A stretch of DNA of 64,000 nt from Heptranchias perlo (lineage: Eukaryota), in NCBI RefSeq assembly GCF_035084215.1, contig NC_090348.1, positions 32,860,001 through 32,924,000 on the forward strand, given 5' to 3'. Position numbers and translations under genes: made by a program. Shown here in pieces: positions 12,961-26,865 of this stretch (its first letter is position 1; each line of letters begins with the position of its first letter). A model generated the notes under the pieces. That model saw nothing but the letters and a program-made list of their open reading frames with translations. It was not told where the DNA came from and did no database searches.

Positions 12961-15644
12961 AAGTTGGCGTCGGATGGAGTGGGAACAGGAATGGAGGGGG
13001 TAGGGTAAGCTTTTCCCCAACATTTTAAGGGCATTACTCCCCAGTGTTCTCAGCAAGCCTTCACAGGTTAGATATAGTGCCGATAGATACTGAGTAAACC
13101 TGCCTCTACCTAGCCCCAGTCTCAGGAGAGCACTTTCACACTGGTGTAGTATAATTGGAAGCACACAAGATCTGCAAAATAATAAGATCTGAAACTAATA
13201 ATTTGGTGCGTTTTTTCACACAACCTGGTACATTATTTATATATACGTCACAGTCACCTCCTGTCACTTCATTCAAATGTATCAAAAAGGAGTGAAAAAG
13301 ATGCTCAGGGAAGTTACCAAACTCCAATCAATTGTGTCTGCAGTCATACCTAATGCAGACTTGGAATTTCAACTATGCTAAATTTCTGTGGGGAGGGAGG
13401 GTGGGGAAATGTACGTTATCCAAATGAGGAATGTTATCTTGAGTAAACATGTTAAGAATTATTTTTATTGATAGAAAAGTTTAAGAAAATAATTCATTTG
13501 CTCTTTTTTTGAGAAGAACAATTTTTGCACAGACGGCACTTTTTAATCATTCAACATAATGCATAATGATCTGACTGATGGGTTTAAAAGTCCAGTCAAG
13601 GAATCCTTCTTGATGTGTTTTACTGCCCGCTGAAGCTTGTTACATGGTTTGATTTTAATCTGAAACATTCTTGAATAAAGCCTGCAACTAGCAGGAGGTT
13701 GGCTACTTGAACACAAGATATTGTGTTATTCATTTTCTTTTGTTTGATGTGTTATTCTTATTAAATTTTACTGTTTAGTGTTGAGGTCATAGGACTGATG
13801 GAGCAACAAAAGCATTCACTGTGGTACAAAATTCCAGATTGATGTGGTTGGAAGGGACTGGATCACTTTTATATCAGCCCTCCGATTATCTGTTGATTTG
13901 GAAATGGTAATACAGGTCTGCCTTTGTTACATTTCATGCAATAAATGATACCACATGCTCTCTCACAGGTTACACTAAACATAAAGAAGTAAGAAAACCC
14001 ACTTTTATTGCCTAAAAGCAACATATTTTTGATATAGAATGAGTCAGTAGACTGGGGGGGAACGGGGGGCATTACAACACAGAACAGGAGAGAAAAAGCA
14101 AAATCTAAAGAACAATATTCTTTAGGTATTAGTAGTTATTTTATTCTGTACATAATTTTAACTTAACCTAATGGATCGTCTATGATTTACCCACAGTGAG
14201 GGGAGGACACGGTAGAAGTCCATGGGAGATGTAGTGAGAGACGGTGGGAAAGTGTTTTCGACTCCTAGGAAACTTGAGATCATCAAGATTTTCTTTATGA
14301 TGGACACTGCATGTGTGATGGACTTTAGCATTGCACATGGGGGAGTTAAGGCCAAGTCTAACCTTCAGATAAACAGGGTTAGAGGACAGAGGATAAGTGG
14401 ACCAGAGTATGCAGATGTAATTCAGTCCCAGTTTCAAAGTTATATGTTCTCTCCTCATTTTGCATTTACATATTAAATTCCTACATCCACATTTATTATG
14501 GAAAAAGAGTTTTGATGTCAGACCCACTAGTTGTATAAATATTGCCCATTCTGTTTTCTGTTCATACCATGGTCTTTGAGGTAAGTTTTTAAATAACAAA
14601 ATAAAACCCTAAGTTTTAATAACAGAAGTAGATGAATGGATTATAGGCATTGGAAGGTGGAAATAGTTTTGTAAATTCACAATGATTTGTCGGTGGTGAT
14701 CTCTGTGTCATTTCTAATAAGGACATCATGGAGGCAATAGCTGAGAGTGAGGAGTGGCTGGGCTAGATGTTGGTGGAACTGTAATTGAGAATTAGAGTAA
14801 TGGGCCCAAATATGGAACATTGGTTTGATGAGTTAGGTCCAGATTATTATACAGTAATTTTAGTTGCTGTGTTGATGTAAAGTTAATTATGCCAGATTTT
14901 CCATTTTTATACTATTTGCGTGTGTTTTTGTAGTTAGTTGCAGGATCTTCACAATAAAAATAATTAGTCATTTTGAAGCAAAAAGAAATTCTTTGACAAG
15001 AAACAGACTGTGGGGTATGGTGGAGGCGGGGTAAAGATTTGGCATTGAAATCATGTGACATCCCTGTAGTCTATGGAAGGCATTGTGCTACACTGAGACA
15101 TTAAACTGAGGTGCAGCTGCTGTCTGATGGATGATTCATATATTGCCAGTGCTAATTACAAAGAATACACTATTCCTCCAAGTAAACCTGCCCATTAACC
15201 CACCCAGTAACCCACTTCCCTCAGGGCCTCAATATAAATAAAAGGTGTGGTCTCATTGGATTACCCTAGTTAAATATCCTAGTTCAATAATAGACAGGTG
15301 ATTTGTGATCTTTATAATGTAGCTCAGTACAATCCTCATTCACAGATTATGTTAGTAACAAAATGAGCCAAGGGTTACTGTCAAACCATTCTGACAGATG
15401 TAATGCTGAGTAGGAATGTAAATACTTTAAAAACATTATATTCCCAGCATGTATAAAGAAACCACTGAAAAACAAAACATTTGGCACAATTGTCCTTTTC
15501 ACAAATCAGCTGCAAAGTTTCAATTGCAAACCAATGGGAGGTCAAAGACCAAAAACACCCATTGAACAAAAACATGAGCTTCAGCTCAGTGATTCTCTTA
15601 ATTGTCTGATGATCCTACACATTCTTTATATGATATATTAGTGT

Positions 15645-16130
15645 AATAGAATCATAGAATAGTTACGGCACAGAAGGAAACCATTCTGCCCATCGAGCCC
15701 ATGCCTGCTCTTTGTAAGAGCAACTCAGTTAGTCCCATTCCCCCGCTCATTCCCTGCAAATTTTTTCCCTTCAAGTATTTATCCAATTCCTTTTTGAAAG
15801 CCATGATTGAATCTGCTTCCACAACCCTTTCAGGCAGCACATTCCAGATCATAACTACTTGCTGCGTAAAAAAGTTTTTCCTCATGTCACCTTTGGTTCT
15901 TTTGACAATCACCTTAAATTTGTGTCCTCTGGTTCTCCACCCATCTGTCAATGGGAACAGTTTCTCTTTATTTACTTTATCTAAACCCTTCATGATTTTG
16001 AACACTTCTATCAAATCTCCTCTCAACCTTCTCTGCTCTAAGGAGAACAACCCCAGCTTCTCCAGTCTATCCACGTAACTGAAGTCCCTCATCCCTGGAA
16101 TCATTCTAGTAAATCTTTTCTACACCGTCT
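15645..16130 (-). mobile_element. CR1 LINE 3' end
   Basis: ORF 15652-16104(-): MIPGMRDFSYVDRLEKLGLFSLEQRRLRGDLIEVFKIMKG..FFTQQVVMIWN; (ttctatga)n tail. Confidence 0.92.
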
Positions 16131-16489
16131 CTGTTAATTGTTTTAACATCAGAAGACATTGGTACTCTTATATGTTGTTCATGAGACCACAGAGGTTTAA
16201 TCTTGAGATATATTTGTAGACATATATGAAGAAAGGATTTATTTGATTTTTAAATTTCAAAATGCACAAGCACGTAAAGTGAGTGAATGCAAGTGGATGT
16301 GAACATAGTGATTGTTTAAAAAGACACCTACCTCTCTCCAAACATCCATTAGGCACTAAAAGTGTACCTAAATGGAGCAACACAGCATCATGCAAGAGGT
16401 AACCTGCCCAAGGAAGCATAGAAAGGTGTGAATAACCCAACTCTGTAACAATACTCTTTTCTCTGTAGCGTGATCATGCAAATAGTACT

Positions 16490-16600
16490 GATTGAAAGGG
16501 GAAAGAGCAGGGGATTAAGTGGATAGCTCCTTCAGAGAGCTGGTGCAGGTGAGATGGACCACGGAGCCTCCTTCAGTACAGTAAAATGCTATGATTCTAT
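16490..16600 (+). mobile_element. CR1 3' UTR fragment
   Basis: ggggaaagagcagggg..gatagctccttcagagagctgg..gatggacc..cctccttc..ctatgattctat matches the other CR1 tails. Confidence 0.7.
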
Positions 16601-16689
16601 CAGCCAGTGTTATCGGTTACTGTTAAAATGATCAACATTTGTCAGCCACGCTCATTTCATACTTTTTTATGGTAACAGTAACAACAAAT

Positions 16690-17335
16690 AATAACAACTT
16701 GTATTTATGTAGAAAAATGTTCCAAGGCATTTTACAGAGGACTCTGAACCAAAGGAGATATTTGAAGGGGTGATCAAAAGCATGATCAAAGACATAAGTT
16801 TTAAGGAGAGTCTTAAAGATGATGGAGAGGTTTAGGGATGCAATTCCAGAGCATGAAACCTAGTTGGCTGAAGGCACAGCCACCAATGGAGGGGTGAATG
16901 CAGAATAAGTCAAAGACAGGATCGGAGTATGCAGGGGTGGGCTTGTAGGGCAGGAGGAGGCTACAGAGATAGGGAGAGGTGAGGCCATGAAGGGATTTAA
17001 ACACAAGGATAAGAATTTTAAAGTTGAGGCATTGGAGGAGTGGGAGCCAATGTAGATTAGCGAGGACAGGAGTCATAGGTGAGTGGCACGTGGTGCAGGA
17101 TAGGGTACGAGCAGCAGAGTTTAGGATGAGATGAAGTTTGAGAGTGGAAGATAGGAGATCATTGGAATTATTTGAATCTAGAGGTCACAAAAGTATGAAT
17201 GATGGTTTCAGCAGCAGATGGGCTGAGGTAGGGCAGTCACAGAGAATGTCATTTGCGACTGGTTAGGGCCGTTTCAGTGCTACGGCGGGGCAGAAACCTG
17301 ACTGGAGAGATTTAAACAGGTAATTGTGGGAAATA
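16690..17335 (-). mobile_element. L2 LINE 3' fragment
   Basis: ORF 16813-17076(-): TPVLANLHWLP..FKILILVFKSLHGL..AFSQLG..LWN; acaacttgtattta tail. Confidence 0.85.
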
Positions 17336-20137
17336 GGCCCAATCCTATGATGGTACAATCTTTGTCCTTTTATTTACTTGGAAAGGTGAGGTTTAATTAC
17401 ACATCTGCTGATTCAACTTTCCCAGAAGTGGGACCCAGGTTCAGCTATTCCTGAAACCTTGTAGTAAAAGTGACACATAAATATTATAGAATTAGTGCAA
17501 CCTCTGCTCTCGAAGCACATGTTTCTCTTTAAATTACATCAGACAACTCCGACAAGATTTTAAAAGGAAAAACAAACATTCTCTGGTTTGGCATTTACAA
17601 TTTCATTGCAGTCTTCTTGATTTAATGTTATAAATGGATAAAATGTAACGGAATGATGCCAATGAGTTATATGGCTAAGATTACTCTACACCTCCAAATT
17701 CTGACCTGATTGCAGTTCTTTCCCAGTGTCATGCAACTTTTCCAATTTCTACTTGTGTTCTTAAATTAATAACTGGTCTATTGGCATTCGAGTTCACAAA
17801 CTTCACATTGAGATAATTATCTCGAAAACATCAATTCACTCCTTAGTTAAAACAGCTTCATTTGATTAGCAGTAGGTTTGGTGATATTTATAATGAGTCA
17901 GCATTTTGTTGGCCCACTTACATTTTGCGGGTGTGATGTGTTGTTAATAGACCACACTTCGTTTACAGTCTCAACATCTGCTGGTCACAGATTCACGCTT
18001 GTGTGAGGGTATTTAAGGAGCATTGTCTTCACAAAAATCTGTTTGGCAAACTTTTTTTTGCTTAATTGCAACATGTGACGTGCCAATGGTTTGGACATTA
18101 TCACCTTTGTGTGTTTTCAAATGAATGGAAAATGGGGCACTAATGATTGAAGATGGTGCCTCTTTAATATCAATGTGAGTTTAGAAATTAGTGCTGGCGA
18201 TATTAGTGGATGGATGCTTAAAATGTTCTTATTTCAGTTCTCTGTCCATCATTTGAATTAAGGTGCTAACCAACTTATTTTAAACTGATTTTCACCCGCA
18301 TTAAAATAAGAGAGAAATATCACCTAAATACATTAAGGATATGACTGCTAATATCAGTGACAGTAATTCCTCGGCCGTCAAATGTAAGATTAACTGAAAC
18401 AAGGCCTGGTGCACCAAGTTTCCAGGTTCTAGTCTCAGGTCTGTCAGATACTCAAATCTAAGGGAGTTTAGGCCTAGCAGTTACCCTTTTATAATATGTC
18501 CATGGTCAGACCCAGCAGCCACACTCTGGGGATAATAATGGTCCCAGTGCAAGTCACCAAAACTGCTGCTCCATGAGCGTTGTATACGTCTGCTGTGCAG
18601 TGAGCTGACAATGTGCTATAATGCAGTCAACTTATTTATATAAAAGCTGGGAATGCCCCGGAGTGAAGGGGCAGGTTATCCAGTATTCAAATGACTGCAG
18701 ATGTGTCAAACAGTGACCAGGCTCAAACAGCCACCTTCTCAATATCCACGGCACTGTAATTGCAGAACTACGTGTTGACCAAGCACAAGGAGATACTGCA
18801 CCACTTCCATTCCTAAAGGCAGCACGGATATGCAACAACCATCCATCTCATTTCCTTCTAACATTGGGGAAATGGAGCACACAGTTAGAAAGTGGAAGAC
18901 CCTTTCACAAGAGAATATACTGGGGGAAAGCACTGAATGCATTTGTCATGCTTTAGGATTTTTGGACCATTTTTCTTCAGGAACGATTTGAAAAATAACT
19001 ACTTTTTAAATGTTGGGTTTTTAAAGCAAAGTTTATTCACATTTTTTTTAAAAGCACTATGAGAATAGATAGTTAAAATGTAATTTTCCCCAAAGACTGT
19101 AAAAAATATGCATTTCATTAGCTTGTCTTGGTAATTGCTAAACACCTCACATCTAAATTTTTGGAAAGTCTCTGCTCTAGAAGTGCTCAGCAGGGATTGT
19201 CTGGTAGGCCTTCCTTCTGGCTGTGAACACAGGGAGCTAAAATTAGAGATGGAAACAAGCAGTCGGTGAGGCCAGCAAAGGCTACAAAGTCACCCAGGTT
19301 TTTAAAACAGTAGGCTGCGAAGGCAAGCTCTCATCAAGCTCACAGAGAGAAAGCAGGAGGTTGGTAATTTTCTTTAAGTCAAACAAGATGACCCACTGAT
19401 ATGGGGTGGCATAGCATTTTCATTATTTTTGTATTAATATGTAAAGACAAGTTGTAATGATTGAATTAAACTAGCCTGATTAAAAACAGTTGCTCTGTAT
19501 ATTCACTTGCTGTGAAATAAGGCAGCTTACCAATTTGCATTTGGCCTCATCTTGTAGAGTCAGGCACATATAAGCACATGCGAAAGACACAAATATATGG
19601 TTCAAATCACAATCACAAACATGCTATAATTACTTCTCTTCCGCCAGGACCTGAAAGTAGAAAAGAATAGCCAGAGGGTTACCTAATACTCCTATATAAA
19701 CAGCACACAGTGACAGTTTACTAGTGAAAAGATCACATACAGAGAATGGGCTGAGCTTTAAGAATCTCAGAGTAACTTCAGTTTTAGAAAAATAAGCAAA
19801 GAAGCTTTGAAATTGGTGCAACAAACAGAGCAGCTGCTGACAACAATTGCAGGAATACAAGCCCAGTTTAAAACAGGAAGCAACGTGGAGGCCATTTATT
19901 TCATGCAGTGGAAATTTGAAATGGACATTGAGCGCAGAACACTGTTCAGGCATTCTGACCACTTTAACTCATGAATATATTTGTTGGGGCCTTAATGGAC
20001 CTAGAGCACATCTGCACAGATTTGCACACTGGCATTTCCCAGTGCTTTACGTAGCCCCATCCACACTGGGTGCTGAGTAAGCTTTGTTTACAGTAATTTT
20101 TTTGAAAAGAGCAAAACTAACATTTGCTCCTTGACTG

Positions 20138-20232
20138 AAAACAGAAAAATGTTGGGAGATACCTAGCAGGCCAGTTAGGATCTGAAACCATAATATAGGT
20201 AAACAGGTTTAGGTGGGTTCCCTTCCTGAGAC
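20138..20232 (-). mobile_element. Decayed Penelope pseudo-LTR remnant
   Basis: aaaacagaaaaatgttgggagatacctagcagg resembles 31338-31435; hammerhead core no longer intact. Confidence 0.45.
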
Positions 20233-20989
20233 GTGGACGCATTGTCCCACCTCAAACAATCTGCAATGGAGCCTGCATTATCTGTAACAATGAAAGGGAT
20301 CCCCCACTTGGATAATAGAGTGTCCCCAAATTTTAGTCTTGCACATATGATACAGCTATACTCTCAATGGTACTTAGTATGGTACAATCAACTCTTATTA
20401 AACGTATTATTGGGGAATGTTTACATTTGAAAGTGTTGACAAAATATTTTCTGAGTATAATTTGTCGCAATTTTTCACGATGTGAACTTCTCAGACTAAA
20501 CACTGAGCAGCTCAGTCATCTTTTTACACAAACCTAACATCAATACTTAAAGAAAGTTAATAAACACATGGGAGAAACATGGTGACTAAATGTTAATGTC
20601 ACTTATTTTCAGTTGAGATTTATTGATAAAATAAGAAAAATGTCATAAATTATGACAGCTTAACCAAACACTGAAGAGATTGTTACAACGTGTTTTGCAT
20701 CTGTATGAAAGCCAATAGATTATTAAACACTAAGACCATATTGGCATTCATTCAGAGAGAGAAAATGGATTCCTGCCATCATAACTAAGCACAAAAGTTT
20801 GCTGCACTAGTGCTGTGTACTGTCAATAATGGATAGGATTGCAATATACTGTATACTATTGGAAACTAATGCAACATTCAGTGGTGGATTTTCTTGTTGT
20901 GGTTTAGTTTCTGATTGGCCACATATCCCAAAACATTTCAGTTCCAATCCAAATGAAGTATTCATATCATTCAGTAATCGCATGGAGGG

Positions 20990-21420
20990 GATGGACTAAT
21001 GCTGTGGGTTGAAACACCATTCTTTCATGTCTGGGACCTGGGTTTGAATACAATCCAGACATGAAATGGAAGTCTCCTCTCTACTAACAGTAAAGATCTT
21101 AATAAAATCAGTCTGGACACCCTTAATCTGTATCAAATTGGGTGTGAGACTATAGTACAAACTATTCATATGATAAGCACTGAACATGAGTTGGTTATCA
21201 CTTAGGGAGATAGAATCATAGAATCATACAGCACAGAAGGAGGCTATTCGGCCCATCATGCCGGTGCCGCCTCTTTGAAAGAGCTTTCCATTTAGTCCCA
21301 CCTCCCTTCTCTTTCCCCATAGACCTGCAGATGGTTTAAGAAATGTCCTATTGGCACAGCAGGGGACATCTGTCTGAGGTCAGGGTTGTGGTATATTGTT
21401 GGATAGTGTAGAGAAAGATT
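20990..21420 (+). mobile_element. Ancient LF-SINE-like tRNA-derived SINE, interrupted by a CR1 tail
   Basis: ctttcatgtctgggacctgggtttgaat (B-box-like), aagtctcctctct and aggtcagggttg motifs resemble LF-SINE as recalled. Confidence 0.5.
21210..21330 (-). mobile_element. CR1 3' UTR fragment
   Basis: atagaatcatagaatcatacagcacagaaggaggctattcggcccatc, same tail as 15645. Confidence 0.8.
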
Positions 21421-23589
21421 AAGATACTTAGTTACAATTGAATATGTCTACAATCATAAAGGGAAAGAATTACAGATCTGCACAGTGTCCATCATTAGGT
21501 TTGATGTGCATTGTATACATTTCTGAATTCACCCTGAAAATCTGCCATTCTATGCATATTTTACCACTTAGAATACTATAATAGATCTGAAGAAAAATAT
21601 ATTTTCTATTTCCTACTTTTAGAACAGCTTTAATTGTGTGTCCCTTTACAGTTTTAGTCACATTCGGTTTTTGTAACTGAACACCCTGATAACATGCTTT
21701 TGGAATGCAATTAATATTCTCACTGCCCTTTTCTGGTCCAGTTTTCTCGGCATTTCTGAAACTAATCGTATCTTGATTGACAGGGCACGACTGCAACCCT
21801 CAGGAAAGTAATACTCCCCTCTCTCTAACAAATATAATCAATAAAAATACAACAAGTTCTTTGGTCTGGCTGCAGATGAGCTTGTTTATAAGTAATGCTT
21901 CATACAGCCTCAGCTTTCCCAGATATTAGTAATATAGATCGGTTTACAGTCGGTACAGAAACAATACAAAAGTGAACTGACTCAATTTAGTGGTATTTCC
22001 AAATTGCTTTAGAAGTGGAATTATTTTAACCTTTCAGGTTCAGGGACGTTCCAAGCTAGCCAGGTCAGCAACTTTTAAAAGAAAATTTCAGCTCGCACAC
22101 TACACTGCTGAAATAAGCACTAATATTATGGAAATAAAGCCACTTGGTTACTTTGTTACTGTAATATTAACACTATGGTGTAAAAGTAAACCCTTAACCC
22201 TTAACCCTCAGACTGCTTTCAGGTTTAGGGAAATGTCCATCTTCCTAGGCCAACCAGTTTTCAATTTTGTTCCGTTTTGAGGCGTGACGCTGAAAATAAG
22301 ACTTCCTACAGCAGCCATATTAAGAAGAAACTTTACATCCTAAGTGCAAAGTAAGGGGGTCGTGAAAAGTATGAAAGTAACCATATGCGATGGTACTCTT
22401 GCTTTCTCTCTCGCTCTTTCTCCCACCCTACTCCCTTTTTCCAAAAAAGAATGCACAAGTCATCAGTGTGCATAGATTTGCTGGGGGAGGAACAGGCCTC
22501 TGAATGAAAAGCAGATAGGACAATTAACATGATACCATAGGTATCTCTTGCTCTGTGATTAATCTGCCTCAATCTCCTTGTGCACATTGTTAACCTGATG
22601 CATAATTGGAGAATGCACAATTGCAGGGTGGAAGATGCAAGACAGAATCTAATTAAGGTTGTTGGATGCTTTCACTCCTTCCTTAAGTTACAATAACAAA
22701 ATGAGATACAGGACATCTGGTTACTCATAATCAACTATTTTACTGTCTGGCAGTAATAAAATCCAATGCTCTAGAAGGCAGTATAAATCCTTATTGAGTT
22801 TCCCAAACTTTTGATAGGCTTGTCTGTGCCAAATGATAAAAGCCCATCCTGACATTGTCACTCAATCAGCTAGTAGAAGAGGTAGCCTTCTCGTCATGAC
22901 AGGTTTGACCATTATTGTTCTTCTGTTATAATCTTAAGCATTATTCATGTTTCGAAAATCAACTTATTCATCCATTTTTAAGGGAGTTAACGAGCTCAGT
23001 CATTAATATCATATTAAAGGCTTCCTGATGCCCCCAAGTCTTTGATACAAGAGTTTGTCCCTTTTAAAGAAATGCCATTTTAACATTTCTGTTATTAATT
23101 CAACTGTGGTACCGCTGCATATGGTTACTTTCATACTTTCCCTGACCCCCTTACTTTGTGCTTAAGATGTAAAGTCATGCATGAGATTTTTTGGCTGGAA
23201 TTATCACCCATGGTAGACAGAGAGGCTGAGACTGGTTACTACAGGATTGTAGTGATTATGTTGCTACATATGTATGTTACTTTTTATAATATGAATGAAG
23301 TGTTTATTGTACTTATATTTTTCTTTTCCTCTCAAGCTGACATGTAAAATAAGAACATCTTGTTTGTTCTTTTCATTATAATTTTGCAAAAGCACTGTGT
23401 TATATTTTGCATGCAAATAGCTTAAATGTGTTATTTATTTATACATGCTACAGTTCATGCAGAAAATATGTTTCCCTTGTCAAAGGTTTCGAATAACGCA
23501 TTATGGCTTCATGAAATGCACACATGGAAATGAGTGCTCAGGTTTTCAATTATCTCTGCTCTTGGGTTTACACATTTGGGAAAATCCAC

Positions 23590-23766
23590 GGGGTAGATTT
23601 TGACTTTGTGCGATAGTGTAAAATGAGTGAGAGCAAATCGGCAGCCCCTTTTATATCTCTCCCAATTTTTATTTCCATTGAAGTCAAAATCGGTAGAAAT
23701 GTAAAACGGGCTGCGGATTTGCTATCACTCGTTTTGCGCTATCGCACAAAGTCAGAAATCTACCCC
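23590..23766. mobile_element. 177-bp foldback MITE with 3-bp TSD (CAC)
   Basis: TIRs ggggtagattttgactttgtgcgatag / ctatcgcacaaagtcagaaatctacccc; imperfect pairing extends ~70 bp; cac at 23587-23589 and 23767-23769. Confidence 0.9.
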
Positions 23767-24354
23767 CACAAGTTTAAAAATGCAACTTCCAAGGATGTAT
23801 ACAACATTTTGAAATGTTCTGTAGTGCAGTAAGGGTATAACCTTTTGGATTTGGTCCTTGTCTTTCATGCTACAAAGCCAGATCTTTTGAAATTTCAGAA
23901 TATGGTTGCCTGGTTGAAACTAATTTCTGGTTCTTAGATGATTTAGCCAAGGACAGCACCTCAGCCAAGAGATGTTGAAGATGCTTGGAGGAGAGTTTTC
24001 TAGGTAGGTTTAAATATTAGAACAACCTGACCAATAAAAAGGTTTTGTGGTCCTTATTGGAGAAAGCATGTGGAGAGTGGTTAGTATCTGCTCTATGTGC
24101 TGCAGTGAAAACTTATCTGTGGCAGTAGTGTTCACTATAACATCATCTTTGGAAATTAGAACCACAAATTAAGCTGAAATGTAATGGATTGTAAACAGAT
24201 GATCCCATGTATTGCTTTTACAGATGAGTGTTGGCAGATATGATATTATTTATTAAGAGAATATTTATCAGTTTTGACTACAAATGTCCATGTGGGCCTT
24301 ATGTTCTGGAGCTGATGACCGTAGGCAGTAACTTCGCAAGAATAGTTTCCGTAA

Positions 24355-24595
24355 CTTCAGCTGCCTAGGTCCTGAGCTCTGTAATTCCCTTCCTAAATCT
24401 CTCTGCCTCTTTACCTCTCTATCCTCCTTTAAGATGCTCCTTAAAACCTATCTTTTTGACCAAGCTTTTGGTCACTTGTCTTAATTATTTCCTTATGTGG
24501 CTCGGTGCCAAATTTTGTTTGATAATGCTCCTGTGAAGCGGCTTTGGAAGCTTTATTACATAAAAGATGTTTTATAAATGCAAGATGTTGTTGTG
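24355..24595 (+). mobile_element. L2 3' UTR fragment
   Basis: Close match to 2285-2450; ends ataaatgcaagatgttgttg. Confidence 0.85.
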
Positions 24596-26865
24596 TTCTC
24601 AATAATAAAAAAAAATTGTGATTTAACACAGCTACCAGGAAAAGAGTTGAATTGTGATTCCCTGCTCAACCTTATGAAAAAGTTTACAGCTACCTCTGTG
24701 CTCATCGGTATTTCAAACAAGGCTATGATTTTAAGTAGGAATTGCTTCATTGTAGCTAGTACACAAACATCATCATTATAGTCAATGTTTAAGACTCTCA
24801 TAGAATAGAATAGTATGAGCAATGGGAGGACATTGGTTCCTCTATCCATATCCAGGTGTAACTCTAATTTAAGGAGTACCTATTTGAGCTCTTGATCATT
24901 TTAGAAAGCTCTGCAGTCACTATGCTACCCTACATTTCATTAATAATGACTACTATTTAACTACCGCTCCAGTGACTATGAATCATATTCATTTACCTGA
25001 CCACGGTCTGGTCATTACAAATTTTGTTGAGCCATTCTCCTGCAGTGTTGATAAATAATACATTGATATTTATATCAGTTAATTGCTTGTTAGGCTGCTT
25101 CAGATGTGCTTAAGTGACAATTTTAAAGGAACAGTGCACTCTCTGGAATCATACATTTCATAATCACACGTTTCTGCAATTCTGATAGTGTGTCATATAT
25201 TGCGAAAAATGGCATTTCTGGGTTGTTTTTTGAACAGATGGACATGTGGTGCCATGTAATGTAGCAAAATAACGTGATTTCCTTGAGTCACGGTGCAGCA
25301 CAATTGCTTCACTTAATTTTTCACAGTCTTCTTCAATCAGATGGTCCCACTCCAGCCATACTCATCAGCGAGGCCTGTATAGAACTAACTATATTATCAA
25401 AACTTTCTGTTTTTGCGTTTATGTATATATGTGTCTGTAGTAGAAAATAAAGCCACTCTATCTTATTTCTTTGGGTGAATCATTGAATGACAGATACAAC
25501 TTTAGGAATTATAGAAAAAAACTGCAAAATACTTGGTCAATGCCTGAGTATGTGGAAATTTTCTTTAGACATAGGATGTACTACTGCAACTACCCACACC
25601 ATAAAAGACTGTGTTATAACTATAACAAGCACAACAACTATAACAAGTACATCACTAGACTCTTACAATGCCAGGTCATTCTCATATATTTTGTTTTCCT
25701 TTATATGCACTCAAATGTGTTGCCTCCTTATAATCTAGCTGGGAAATTAAATGAACAATTAAATTCAGAACTTCTCCATGATTTTAATTCCATTGAGACA
25801 CACAATTATACTTTGTTGAAGAGCGAAACAGCCAATGACAGAATGTGGTTTTGCATTCTTTCTTTTAAGTGATGACAGTGCTTGATGTCCCTGGAAAAAC
25901 AATTGATAACATGATAAGCCTCATCACCTATCTGACTGACAGATTCGAGTTTCAGGCTGAGCTGAGACACCACAGTTAGGAACTGAACAAGCTTATAACA
26001 ACATTGGTCTTTCCATATTCCTGTTTTTCATTCTACATGTTAAAAACACAATTATTATTCTGTATTTCTATGCAACATATTAAAATAATAGTAAATAATA
26101 GTAATAATAGTAAATAGATTCATTACACATATACACAGATAACCATAGCATCTCTCAAATTCACTGGGTATATGGAAGTGCACGAGACTATACTAAATCT
26201 TGAAAAGACACAGCCAATGTTTACACTTAATAAAGAGATCAATACTGAACATGGCTCACCTCATTGACAAACAACTGACTCTGTTCATATTGATGTCAAG
26301 TTGTAAGCCTCTGTCCTTAATAGATACGCAAGATGGACATCTAAAAGGAAACAGATAAAATCAGGCTTTTGTGAATCAGTTTGCATAATTGCACTGTGAT
26401 CGGTATTCAATTGTCCCAAACAAACGGTTCAACAACTCTGGAGTTTGCTTTTACAAGTATGTAGTATTAACATATTATTCAGAAGAATTTGGCCATGAAA
26501 CAAAATAATAAGCCAATATCCAGATTTTATACAAAAAAATTATTCTTTTTTAGATTCTACTACTCCACTTGCCTTTATATGTGTTAAAAAAAAGTATCTT
26601 TGTAATTAAAAAGTGATGTTTCTGAGGTGCTCTGTACCAACACTTTTATTTGAGAGATCTAACATATATGATGCACCCTTTCATTACATTTAAAGGTCCT
26701 GATTTTGTCTTATTGTATAAATGACACCAATTACATTGACTGATATTTACTTGATCAGCCAGACGTGTATAGAAGTAAAGGTGTCAGCTTTGGTTCAGTG
26801 GTACTGTGTGCCTCTGAGTCAGAAGGTCGTAGTTTCAAGCCCCACTCCAAAGAGTTGAACACATA

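Noticed and set aside
14405-14450. Minus-strand FETGTELHL resembling an Ig/TCR J segment
   Set aside because: Lacks the FGxG motif, with no RSS heptamer/nonamer or splice donor; it belongs to a dispersed repeat.
19770-19975. Protein-looking open frame KISKEALKLVQQTEQLL..
   Set aside because: Under 70 codons, weak acceptor, no recognised family.
25569-25675. Thr-rich mucin-like exon
   Set aside because: Explained by a short tandem duplication (aactataacaag..aca) in A/C-rich DNA; donor is weak.
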